From NCBI GenBank assembly GCA_028279895.1, contig JANQMY010000498.1:1-59165 (forward strand): a stretch of DNA of 59,165 nucleotides. The letters are read 5' to 3'. Positions 32,980-41,978 of the stretch are shown here, piece by piece. Origin of the DNA: Alphaproteobacteria bacterium (GTDB lineage: Bacteria > Pseudomonadota > Alphaproteobacteria > JANQMY01). The notes under the pieces were generated by a model. The model was not told the origin of the DNA. It ran no database searches and saw only the letters and a list, made by a program, of their open reading frames with translations. Each line of letters starts with the position of its first letter. The first letter of the stretch is position 1. A program made the translations under genes and the position numbers.

Positions 32980-33414
32980 CTAGGGCGTGCGGAGCCGAAC
33001 CTGGCTTGTAGCAGTGGCCTTCACGGCTTCATTCCCGTCTAGATCAAAGAGGGTGCCCTCTAAGAACACAATGGACTTAGCCAAGCGGACCACGCGGCCC
33101 TCCACTTTCACGATGCCCGGTTTGACGGCACGAATGAAGCTTGCTTTGATCTCTAAAGAGGGTGCGTAGATTGTAAGCTGCGACTTGACGATTGCGGCCA
33201 CAGTCATGGTTTCGTCAAGAGCGGCTATCAAGAAACCGCCCTGGATTACGCCTCGGGGATTCGCGAAACGCTCGTCCAAATCGAAGCTTGCGGTCGTTGC
33301 CCCCGTTGCCAAATCGGCGTCGATAAGTTTGAAACCCAAAAGGCGAGCACCTTCTGAACCGCGGCTTTTGCCGAAGATCTCGATCACGCGCTCATTGGTC
33401 AATTCACTAGTCAA
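32980..33414 (-). CDS. PaaI-family hotdog thioesterase
   Basis: 144 aa with a NPRGVIQGGFLIAALDE motif typical of PaaI/YdiI-type thioesterases. Confidence 0.82.
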   Translation of the reverse strand: MTSELTNERVIEIFGKSRGSEGARLLGFKLIDADLATGATTASFDLDERFANPRGVIQGGFLIAALDETMTVAAIVKSQLTIYAPSLEIKASFIRAVKPGIVKVEGRVVRLAKSIVFLEGTLFDLDGNEAVKATATSQVRLRTP

Positions 33415-33483
33415 GGCTTGATTCCCACCCTTCAGATAGGTTCCATGGCGCCCATTCCGTAGTCAACAAAGAGAACTTTTGCA

Positions 33484-34689
33484 ATGGGAACTGAAAAACA
33501 AGCGGTCCTGTCGGGCATTCGAGTTGTCGATTTGACGTCGGTTCTGCTCGGTCCCTATTGCACGCAAATACTCGGAGATCTCGGTGCTGACGTGATCAAG
33601 GTCGAACCTCCCGAGGGAGATCTTCTGCGGTGGGGTGGCAAGTCGCCGAAGACGGAGGGCATGGGGCCGATCTTTATGAATGTAAACAGGAACAAAAGAT
33701 CGATCTGCTTAGACCTAAAACAGGATAGGGCCAAAGAGGCGCTTGTAAAGCTTATTGAAAGCGCCGACGTTTTTATCCACAACATTCGAGCGGCCGGCAT
33801 AAAGCGTTTGGGCTTTTGGTACGACGACGTAAAGAAAGTTAATCCAAATATCGTCTACGTGCATTGCGCCGGTTACGGGGCCGGCGGCGCATATGAAGGT
33901 CGCCAAGCTTATGATGACTTAGTACAAGCAGCAACCGGCACGGCAACACTGCTGCCACGATTCGACGGTAACGAAGCTCCGCGATATCTGCCTTCTCTAG
34001 TCGCAGATAAGGCGACCGGCCTTCATGCGGCTTATGCTTCGCTTGCGGGGATCATTCATCGTCTGCGGACCGGCGAAGGGCAGTTTATTGAAGTGCCAAT
34101 GATGGAGAGTTTCACTTCATTCGTTATGCTTGAACACCTGTTCGGCTCAACATATGAGCCACCTACGGGGCCGGTCGGCTACAGAAGGGTTCTCAATCCG
34201 AATCGCCGGCCCTATAGAGCGAAGGATGGATTTTTGGGTATTGTTCCTTATTCTGATGCTCAGTGGGAAGAGTTTTTTCGACTTGGGGGGCGTCGAGATG
34301 TCTTCAAAGACGAAAGGTTCGCAACATTTGCGGCGCGCACCAAGCATATTCAAGAATTGTATGCCCTTATTGAGAAGGTGGTAGCCACAAAGACGGTAGC
34401 CGAATGGCTTGACCTGCTTGCCGAGGCCAACATACCGGCGATGAAGGTGACGGATCTGAATGACGTTTTGGACGATGAGCACCTTTCAAGCGTCGACTTT
34501 TTTCAAATACTCGAGCATCCTTCTGAAGGGGCCTACCGATCAATGCGGCATCCGATATATTTTGAGAGTTCTCCGGCCTCAGTGCGTCGAGACCCGCCTC
34601 GTTTGGGCCAGGATGGAACCGCTATCTTAATGGAGCTAGGGTACTCGGAAACGGATGCCAAATCGATCGCGATGCATAAGAGGCGCTAG
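33484..34689 (+). CDS. family III CoA-transferase (CaiB/BaiF family)
   Basis: N-terminal GIRVVDLTSVLLGPYCTQILGDLGADVIKVEPP, which is characteristic of this family. 401 aa. Confidence 0.88.
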   Translation: MGTEKQAVLSGIRVVDLTSVLLGPYCTQILGDLGADVIKVEPPEGDLLRWGGKSPKTEGMGPIFMNVNRNKRSICLDLKQDRAKEALVKLIESADVFIHNIRAAGIKRLGFWYDDVKKVNPNIVYVHCAGYGAGGAYEGRQAYDDLVQAATGTATLLPRFDGNEAPRYLPSLVADKATGLHAAYASLAGIIHRLRTGEGQFIEVPMMESFTSFVMLEHLFGSTYEPPTGPVGYRRVLNPNRRPYRAKDGFLGIVPYSDAQWEEFFRLGGRRDVFKDERFATFAARTKHIQELYALIEKVVATKTVAEWLDLLAEANIPAMKVTDLNDVLDDEHLSSVDFFQILEHPSEGAYRSMRHPIYFESSPASVRRDPPRLGQDGTAILMELGYSETDAKSIAMHKRR

Positions 34690-34724
34690 CCGACTTTTGT
34701 AGACGCGCTGCCCGATGTGAAAAC

Positions 34725-35237
34725 TCACTTCTTCCGGAATGCATCAAGACTGACAACTTCGCCCGTGGTTTGCTCGTCATGTTCCGCATCGTCTTCGGCT
34801 TCCTCCGTTTCGGCTGCACCCGGTATAGGCCGGTTGGTTCCGATATCGGCCGGAGGAAGTGAGGAGGGTTTGTCCGCCATTCCTTGAACGTTGAACTGAA
34901 GCCCGAATTGAACGCTCGGATCGAAGAAACCGCTCACGGCTGCAAAGGGGACCACAAGTGTTTCTGGAACTTTGTTGAAGCGAAGACCAACGCGGAATAG
35001 ATCATCGTCTACCTCGAGACCCCAAAACTGATGCTGTAAGACGATCGTCATTTCCTCGGGATATTGGCTCTTCAAGGCAGGTGAGATTTGTACGCCATCG
35101 AAAGTGGTATCGAAGGAAATATAGAAATGATGGTCACCAGGCAGGCCGTCCGATTCTGCCTTGCGCAACGCACTGCGCACAACGCCGCGAAGAGCGTCCT
35201 GTGCCAACAAGTCGTAGCGCATTTGATCGGTCGTCAT
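34725..35237 (-). CDS. sspB: ClpXP adaptor SspB (alphaproteobacterial type)
   Basis: YDLLAQDALRGVVR...HHFYISF...MTIVLQHQFW core, an acidic linker and the C-terminal ClpX-tethering peptide VVSLDAFRKK. Confidence 0.9.
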   Translation of the reverse strand: MTTDQMRYDLLAQDALRGVVRSALRKAESDGLPGDHHFYISFDTTFDGVQISPALKSQYPEEMTIVLQHQFWGLEVDDDLFRVGLRFNKVPETLVVPFAAVSGFFDPSVQFGLQFNVQGMADKPSSLPPADIGTNRPIPGAAETEEAEDDAEHDEQTTGEVVSLDAFRKK

Positions 35238-35284
35238 TCTTGCCCCGTTGTTTGAGCGTCTACCCGCCTACGAAATCACAACAG

Positions 35285-35585
35285 TACGAACTCACCTCAA
35301 AGAGTCAATTCTTGTGAGGCGTTTTGAGTGAGGGGCTTCTGTTGCCCGGCGCCCCTCAAGCCGCGCTTACCTAAAATTAGGCAGCGATTGCCATTTCGTT
35401 ATCGTTGGCAATTGTAAAGATGGTCCGATAACGGCGGTACCATGCCGGGCAAAAGATACACCTTTAGACGCTCGTCGATCCTATTTCGCCCCCAAAACAG
35501 CCAGCCATTGTGGTCAATTGTTTGGTGGAGGCGCCGGGTACCGCCCCCGGGTCCGATACGCTTATTACGTGCTCGTTTATCGCCA
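35285..35585 (-). ncRNA. ssrA: two-piece (circularly permuted) tmRNA, ssrA. Acceptor piece about 35523-35585, intervening segment 35494-35522, coding piece about 35285-35493. Outer ends are approximate.
   Basis: On the minus strand the acceptor piece ends ...CCGGG-GGCGGUA-CCCGG-CGCCUCC-ACCA at 35523. Thirty nt downstream the coding piece starts GGGGGCGAAAUAGGAUCGACG at 35493, and its 5' strand pairs with CGCCUCC including G3:U. The tag frame GCC AAC GAU AAC GAA AUG GCA AUC GCU GCC UAA (35409..35377) encodes ANDNEMAIAA. A terminal stem-loop lies at 35295-35319, and a TATAAT box at about 35589-35594 is upstream. Confidence 0.9.
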
Positions 35586-35715
35586 TAGCCGGTGAGACCG
35601 GCACCTTTATTATAGTGTTTCTAAGCGGTTAATTAAACCCTTCATCACAGCTACATACCTGTCTTGAAAGCTGCTATTTTGTTACCTCGATTCTTTTTGG
35701 TAAATACACCGTCCC

Positions 35716-36510
35716 ATGAAGCAATATCTAGATCTTATGAAGCTGGTCCTGGAGACCGGGGCGAAAAAGGGTGACCGCACCGGAACGGGCACATTAAGTG
35801 TCTTTGGCCATCAAATGCGGTTTGATCTTGCGGATGGGTTCCCTCTTGTCACCACCAAACGCCTCCATGTGAAGTCTATAATTCATGAGCTCTTGTGGTT
35901 TCTGAGGGGCGATACGAACGTCAGATACCTTCAAGAAAATGGGGTTTCCATCTGGGATGAATGGGCAGATGAAGAAGGCGATCTGGGGCCGGTCTACGGT
36001 GCGCAGTGGCGGTCTTGGCCAGTCTCATCCGGCGGCCATGTAGATCAAATCAGTGACCTGATTTCGGATATTAAGGAAACGCCGGACTCTCGTCGCCTCT
36101 TAGTTTGTGCATGGAACGTGGCGGATATTGACAAGATGGCACTCGCGCCGTGCCACTGCCTGTTTCAGTTTTATGTGGCGGACGGCAAGCTCTCGTGCCA
36201 GCTTTATCAACGTAGCGCTGACATTTTTTTAGGCGTCCCGTTTAACATTGCCTCATACGCCTTGCTGACCATGATGATTGCGCAGGTGACCAATCTAAGA
36301 CCCGGCGAGTTTATCCATACCTTTGGGGATGCTCATCTGTATTCAAATCATTTAGAGCAGGCGAGATTGCAGTTGACGCGCGATCCGTTGCCTCTGCCGA
36401 CCATGATGCTTAATCCCCACGTGCGCGATATTTTCGGTTTCCGGTACGAAGACTTCGAACTCAGGGGATACGAAAGTCATCCCCATATTAAAGCTCCCGT
36501 CGCCGTGTAG
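35716..36510 (+). CDS. thyA: thymidylate synthase
   Basis: 264 aa with MKQYLDLM...DRTGTGT...LAPCH.LFQFYV motifs. Confidence 0.97.
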   Translation: MKQYLDLMKLVLETGAKKGDRTGTGTLSVFGHQMRFDLADGFPLVTTKRLHVKSIIHELLWFLRGDTNVRYLQENGVSIWDEWADEEGDLGPVYGAQWRSWPVSSGGHVDQISDLISDIKETPDSRRLLVCAWNVADIDKMALAPCHCLFQFYVADGKLSCQLYQRSADIFLGVPFNIASYALLTMMIAQVTNLRPGEFIHTFGDAHLYSNHLEQARLQLTRDPLPLPTMMLNPHVRDIFGFRYEDFELRGYESHPHIKAPVAV

Positions 36511-36519
36511 GCCTGGGTT

Positions 36520-37014
36520 ATGCGCGTTGCCCTCATTCTTGCGAAAACCAGAAACAACGTCATTGGTGACAAAGGCGGCATCCCTTGGCGCTTACCTGAC
36601 GACATGAAGTTCTTTCGGCAAACCACAATGGGAAAGCCGATTATTATGGGGCGCCGCACGTATGGCTCGATCGGTCGGCCATTGCCTGGGCGACAAAACA
36701 TCGTGCTGTCGCGGGACAGTCGTTTCGAAGTGACCGGAGCGGTGGTCGTGTCTGACTTTGAAAGCGCGCTATGGGCGGCGGCCGACGTGGAAGAAGTGAT
36801 GGTTATTGGTGGTGCTGAGCTCTACCGACTTGCCCTTCCATTCGCAGACCGAATTTACTTAACCGAAATACTCGCCGAGGTCGAGGGAGATACTTGTCTC
36901 GACTTAGATCTGGCAGCGGGGTTCACGGAGATTTGCCGACAACATCACGAAGCTGATGACCGGCACGTTTTTCCGTTTGATATTGTTGTACTTGACCGAA
37001 CGCCACAGCATTAG
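36520..37014 (+). CDS. folA: dihydrofolate reductase
   Basis: 164 aa with IGDKGGIPWRLPDDMKFFRQTTMGKPIIMGRRTYGSIGRPLPGR. Forms a thyA-folA pair. Confidence 0.95.
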   Translation: MRVALILAKTRNNVIGDKGGIPWRLPDDMKFFRQTTMGKPIIMGRRTYGSIGRPLPGRQNIVLSRDSRFEVTGAVVVSDFESALWAAADVEEVMVIGGAELYRLALPFADRIYLTEILAEVEGDTCLDLDLAAGFTEICRQHHEADDRHVFPFDIVVLDRTPQH

Positions 37015-37648
37015 ATGAATTAGCGACAAGAACGTGCCGATTGCCGATGCATGTTGCGACAAACTCTGAATACATGCTGAACAAAGCGGTCTTCCGTTCA
37101 AATTGAGTCACTATTTTTTCTTCGTTTGCCCTTTCTTTCTCTGGATAGTTTGTCTACAGAGTTGAGTGAGTTTCAGCTTGCTGTTTCCCAACAGCCGATA
37201 CATTGCAAATGTAGCTGACCGTATACCTAGTGTTTTTGCTTATCTTTAGTTGCGTTCATTTCCAAAACTTCCACCGACGTCTGCTAGTTGAGCGCACATC
37301 CTGAATCACAATCTCACCATTGGTTTTTGGATAAGGGGCAAACTATTTTTTAGAAATGTGGAGTCGGCGCGGCAAGAAAAATGCTGGCCCTAAATGCAGG
37401 TTATGGTTGGCAACGGAAGTCGGGGAGATGTTTTTGAGGCGGTGTTGTCGGATGGTTGGATGGGTGCGATTGTCAAAAAAACGAGATGGTGTGAAAGCTA
37501 TCGCTCAGCGAGCGTAGAGACCGTCTTGGGATACTGAGTGATGAATGATCACTATACGAATGAATATATAGACTGTTTGTCGAACGGAAGTTTGGTCTGG
37601 GTATGGAGCAGGGCGTCAACCATTTGTGTTCAAACTAAGGAGATGTAG

Positions 37649-38002
37649 ATGAGAGTTCTAGCAGGATCGATAATTGGTGTTTTTGCTTTGGCAAGCACTG
37701 CGTTCGCAGGTGATTTGAGTGGGATTTTCGGCAACACGGTCACGATCACCGATGCTGGCGGCGGTGTCACGTCTGTTTTGGTCAATGAAGATAATACCTA
37801 TACGGTGACAACACCTGACGGCGCAGAAATTCCGGGTACTTGGGAAGTTGCCGATGGTCAAGCGTGCTTCAATGCAGCGGACGCTGAAGGCAATCCGACT
37901 CAAACTTGCAGCGCTGATATTCTCGGCAAGGGTCCGGGCGATTCATGGACGGCGACAGACGACAACGGCGAATCCACAATTTCAGTGGTTGCCGGCCAGT
38001 AA
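37649..38002 (+). CDS. small secreted protein of unknown function
   Basis: Strong RBS (AAGGAG) and a signal peptide MRVLAGSIIGVFALASTAFA. The mature part is Thr/Gly/Asp-rich with two Cys, and the gene is followed by a strong terminator. Confidence 0.7.
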   Translation: MRVLAGSIIGVFALASTAFAGDLSGIFGNTVTITDAGGGVTSVLVNEDNTYTVTTPDGAEIPGTWEVADGQACFNAADAEGNPTQTCSADILGKGPGDSWTATDDNGESTISVVAGQ

Positions 38003-38031
38003 TTGCTCAGAATACAATTCTGATGTGTGAG

Positions 38032-38066
38032 AGAGGCGGTCCAAACGGATCGCCTCTTTTTTTGTG
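38032..38066 (+). terminator. intrinsic terminator after the small secreted protein gene
   Basis: AGAGGCGGTCC-AAAC-GGATCGCCTCT stem (11 bp with one G.U) followed by T7. Lies between convergent genes. Confidence 0.85.
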
Positions 38067-38084
38067 ATGTATACCGCCTCGTCT

Positions 38085-39203
38085 TTATTCAAAGACAATT
38101 TTGGGTGCCGCTGGGGCGTCGCGTTTGAGCTGTCGCGAGACTTTTTCAGCGATGTTCAGATAGTATGAAGCGGCAACGCCATCCGGCTCGGCCGCCACGA
38201 CGGGGGTGCCGCTATCAGCGTTTTCCCGTATCTCAACGTAAATGGGTATGTCGCCCAAGAATGGATATCCGCTCTCTTCTGCGGTCCTTTTGGCGCCGCC
38301 CTCGCCGAATATAAAGGTCTTCTCATTGGATCCCGGACTCTCAAAGTAGCTCATATTCTCTATGAGCCCGAGGATTGGCACGTTGGTTTTTTCAAACATG
38401 GCGAGTCCCTTGCGGGCGTCAACAAGTGCAATCTCTTGTGGTGTCGATACGATAATTGCGCCGGCGAGTGCGGCCTTTTGGGCTAGGGTGAGCTGGGCAT
38501 CTCCGGTTCCTGGCGGCATGTCGACAATCAGTACGTCGAGCTCGCCCCAGGCCACATCATTCAGCAGTTGTGTAAGCGCACTGCCCACCATAGGGCCGCG
38601 CCAGATCATGGGCGTCTCTTCGTCGATCAAAAAACCGATCGACATTGCCTTAATCCCAAATTTTTCGATTGGTTTTAGTTTCTTACCGTCGGCGGACTCC
38701 GGTTTTTGATTTATACCCAGCATTCTCGGAACTGACGGTCCGTAAATGTCGGCGTCCAGGAGGCCAACCGCAAGGCCCAGTTTCTGTAGCGCGAGAGCGA
38801 GATTTACCGCAACAGTGGACTTGCCGACCCCACCCTTTCCGCTGGCGACGGCCACGACCGAGAGAACTCCGTCAGGCGTTGCGCGCTGCGGAGATTGCCG
38901 CGGTGCGCGTGCTGGAGCTGCTTCGGCGGAGCTTTTGGCGCCAGGGCCGCCTTCGACATGACTGGTTAGAACCGCTGTGACAGACAGCACACCGTGGACG
39001 TCGTAGATTGCTTTTTCGGCAGCTAGCCTAAGGGGTTCTGCGCTCTCGCCCCGCTCCGGCGAAACCTCGATGGAAAAGCCGACATGACCATCCTTGCAGA
39101 CCACGCCTTTCACAAGGCCATCTGACACGATATCGCTGCCGCCCTGAGGGTCCCGGACTGCTCGCAACGCTTGCAGAATAGTTTCGCGACTAAGCTCAGC
39201 CAT
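38085..39203 (-). CDS. apbC: Mrp/ApbC-type iron-sulfur cluster carrier ATPase
   Basis: N-terminal DUF59-like MAELSRETILQALRAVRDP and deviant Walker A SGKGGVGKST. ATG 39203 has an AGGA RBS, and the longer track start at 39296 lacks support. Confidence 0.92.
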   Translation of the reverse strand: MAELSRETILQALRAVRDPQGGSDIVSDGLVKGVVCKDGHVGFSIEVSPERGESAEPLRLAAEKAIYDVHGVLSVTAVLTSHVEGGPGAKSSAEAAPARAPRQSPQRATPDGVLSVVAVASGKGGVGKSTVAVNLALALQKLGLAVGLLDADIYGPSVPRMLGINQKPESADGKKLKPIEKFGIKAMSIGFLIDEETPMIWRGPMVGSALTQLLNDVAWGELDVLIVDMPPGTGDAQLTLAQKAALAGAIIVSTPQEIALVDARKGLAMFEKTNVPILGLIENMSYFESPGSNEKTFIFGEGGAKRTAEESGYPFLGDIPIYVEIRENADSGTPVVAAEPDGVAASYYLNIAEKVSRQLKRDAPAAPKIVFE

Positions 39204-39517
39204 CGGTGTCCTATTGTTCATCAATTGACGCTGTTCTGCTTGAAAACAGCGGCTCTTTATCCAAATTAAGCGAAAGGCGGAATGCAACCGCCGCATGACC
39301 CATGGGGTTAGATTGCGCGCTGTTAGTTAGTGTCATATAACCCCCGATACGAACGATTCCAAGGTTTGGCTCGGCGGAATTGCAGGCCTATTCAAACTCT
39401 GATGTTCATTACACGTCGCGCGCCACTCGCAATACCCAACTGGAAATCCAAGATGGTTTGGGGGGCAGCCAGAGAGCTTCTCGCGACAGAGCCAAAAGAC
39501 GAAAAAAGGAAGCATAG

Positions 39518-40648
39518 ATGCCCTGGAACAACCAAAATGGCGGCGGCTGGCAAAGCGGAGGCAGGGGGCCTTGGGGGCAGGGCCCGAATGGCGGCAGAGG
39601 TGGAGGAGGGCCACAGCCTCCTGACCTTGAGGATTTGCTGAAGCGGGGACAAGATCGCTTCAAAAGCGTATTGCCCGGCAATATTGGCGGGAGCGGTATT
39701 GCCATCCTTGCGGTCATTCTTCTCGCCGTATGGGGTTTCTCAGGAATTTATCTTGTGCGGGCCGATGAGGTCGGTGTGGTGACACGCTTCGGCGAGTTCA
39801 AAGGCGAGATCGCCGGTATTAAACAACCGGGCCTGCACTATCATTTGCCTTATCCAATCGAAAACGTCCGTACAGTAAAGGTGTTGACAATCAATCAGTT
39901 TGATATCGGTTTTGAACGAACCGGCCAAAACCGCCAGCGTGATAAGGCGGAAGAGAGCTTAATGCTCACCGGTGATGAAAATATTGTCGATCTCGACTTT
40001 TCTGTTTTTTGGCGCATCAAACGGGCCGACCATTTCTTATTTAACATTCGAAACCCTCAAAGCACGATTAAGGCTGTTTCGGAGAGTGTGATGCGAGAAG
40101 TCGTCGGCCGTAGTGAGCGCCAGGCGGTCCAAACGGGCAACCGGGAAAATGTCCAGGAAGAGGTGTTCAGGCTGTTGCAGGCCACCCTGGACGCCTATGA
40201 ATCCGGGATTGAGATTACGGAAGTGAAACTCCTTGAGGTGAACCCGCCAGAGCAGGTGATCGATGCGTTTCGTGACGTCCAGGCAGCCAGGCTGGATCTG
40301 GAGAGGCTGAAGAACCAGGCGGAGACTTACCAGAACCGCGTTATTCCCGAAGCTAGAGGTGAGGCGGAGCGTATTCTCCAGGAAGCTCAAGCTTATAAGG
40401 AGCAAACGATTGCAGAAGCAGAGGGTGAGGCCCAACGTTTCTTATCGATTTACGAGGAATATAAGCAAGCCAAGGACGTCACCCGCCAACGGATTTTCTT
40501 GGAAACGATGGAGCGTGTGTTTGCCGACATGAATAAACTCATCGTCGACGACTCTGAAGGCCAAGGCGTGGTTCCCTATCTTCCGCTACCGGAACTTCAA
40601 CGCCAAAGGCAGCCTGCGGCACCTGCTCAAACGGAAGGAACGAACTAA
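39518..40648 (+). CDS. hflK: FtsH protease modulator HflK
   Basis: Gly-rich N-terminus (MPWNNQNGGGW), one TM segment and an SPFH/band-7 domain. Followed by hflC with a 1-nt overlap. Confidence 0.94.
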   Translation: MPWNNQNGGGWQSGGRGPWGQGPNGGRGGGGPQPPDLEDLLKRGQDRFKSVLPGNIGGSGIAILAVILLAVWGFSGIYLVRADEVGVVTRFGEFKGEIAGIKQPGLHYHLPYPIENVRTVKVLTINQFDIGFERTGQNRQRDKAEESLMLTGDENIVDLDFSVFWRIKRADHFLFNIRNPQSTIKAVSESVMREVVGRSERQAVQTGNRENVQEEVFRLLQATLDAYESGIEITEVKLLEVNPPEQVIDAFRDVQAARLDLERLKNQAETYQNRVIPEARGEAERILQEAQAYKEQTIAEAEGEAQRFLSIYEEYKQAKDVTRQRIFLETMERVFADMNKLIVDDSEGQGVVPYLPLPELQRQRQPAAPAQTEGTN

Positions 40649-41532
40649 TGGGACGTTTACTGACAATTCTTGGTGGCGTCGTTGTCGCGGCATTGGCGTT
40701 CGTCGCCTACAACAGCGTGTTCATCGTTCACCAGACGGAACAGGCAATCATTCTGCAGTTTGGTGACCCAAAGAGAGAAATCACCGAGCCAGGCCTAGGC
40801 TTCAAAACACCTTTCCTGCAAAATGTTGTGTACATCGAGAAGCGGATTTTGGATCTTGATGCTCCGGTTGAGGAGGTCATCACAACAGATCAAAAGCAAC
40901 TGTTGGTCGACGCCTTTGCTCGCTTCCGGATTAATCAGCCGCTTCGCTATTATACGAGCCTTCGAACTCTCGCAAACGCGGAAATTCAGCTTGCCAATCA
41001 ACTGAACTCCAATCTTCGAAATGTTATCGCTGCGGAGGATTTTACGGCCGTTATTTCGACGAAACGTACCGAACTCATGAAACGCATTGCAGATCAATTG
41101 AATGCCAGTTCGCAACGATTTGGCATCGAAATCGTTGATGTTCGTATTAAGCGTGCAGACTTGCCGGTGCAGAACAGTCAGGCGATTTATCAAAGAATGG
41201 AGACGGAGCGGAAGCGAGAAGCTGCTGAGTTCCGCGCGCAGGGCGAAGAAGCAGCCCTGAGGATCAGATCGTCTGCTGACAGGGAAGTGACTGTGCTCAA
41301 GGCGCAAGCACGTCGTGACTCCGAAATCATCCGAGGTGAGGGCGATGCGGAACGAAACCGCATTTTTGCGGAAGCCTTTGGGCAGGACCCTGATTTCTTC
41401 GCGTTTTACCGCTCCATGTTGGCTTACGAGTCGGCGTTGCGCGCAGGCGACACGACGATGATCCTCTCCCCTGACAGTGAGTTTTTCCGTTATTTTGGAA
41501 ATCTTGACGGATCGGCAAACACGCGACGCTGA
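40648..41532 (+). CDS. hflC: FtsH protease modulator HflC
   Basis: N-terminal TM segment plus an SPFH domain, paired with hflK. Confidence 0.94.
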   Translation: MGRLLTILGGVVVAALAFVAYNSVFIVHQTEQAIILQFGDPKREITEPGLGFKTPFLQNVVYIEKRILDLDAPVEEVITTDQKQLLVDAFARFRINQPLRYYTSLRTLANAEIQLANQLNSNLRNVIAAEDFTAVISTKRTELMKRIADQLNASSQRFGIEIVDVRIKRADLPVQNSQAIYQRMETERKREAAEFRAQGEEAALRIRSSADREVTVLKAQARRDSEIIRGEGDAERNRIFAEAFGQDPDFFAFYRSMLAYESALRAGDTTMILSPDSEFFRYFGNLDGSANTRR

Positions 41533-41608
41533 TCCCCAGACATCGGTATCACCCGCGTGACTGTGGAGTTTGCTCCCGCATTCCACGCTCGATTCAGGGC
41601 CTACAGGG

Positions 41609-41794
41609 ATGTCCGATCTAATTGTTGCACTTGGCTTGGCCCTAGCGCTTGAGGGTGTTGCCTACGCCTTGTTTCCCGGGCCCATGAAGCGCATGATCGC
41701 GGTCGTCCTGGCGAGCGATGATGCGTCGGTAAGGCTCTCAGGATTGGCCTGCGTTGTCATGGGTGTGGTTGTGGTTTGGTTGATACGAGGTTAG
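41609..41794 (+). CDS. small membrane protein, DUF2065-like
   Basis: 61 aa with two hydrophobic segments (LIVALGLALALEGVAYALFP...). Shows the conserved position between hflC and degP. Confidence 0.75.
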   Translation: MSDLIVALGLALALEGVAYALFPGPMKRMIAVVLASDDASVRLSGLACVVMGVVVVWLIRG

Positions 41795-41978
41795 ATGCCC
41801 GATCTCGAGGCATGAGGCTCTCCATTAACAAAACCATTACCATAAATAAGCCAAAATTGGTGCGTAGGCCGAAAAGCAGTGAATAAAGGCCCAGCTGAGG
41901 AATCGAACGGAATTTCGCGGCAGAATAATAATTCCACGTCAGAATTGCCGCAGGCCAAAGAGTAAGGAGAAAAATCGC

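Noticed and set aside
37358-37498. 46-codon ORF (MWSRRGKKNAGPKCRLW...) inside the folA-downstream gap
   Set aside because: It has no RBS and its composition is basic and Trp/Cys-rich. It is too short to support without conservation or expression data.
40795-41586. 263-aa minus-strand ORF
   Set aside because: It is antisense to hflC, whose SPFH domain and hflK pairing are convincing. There is no RBS or motif support.
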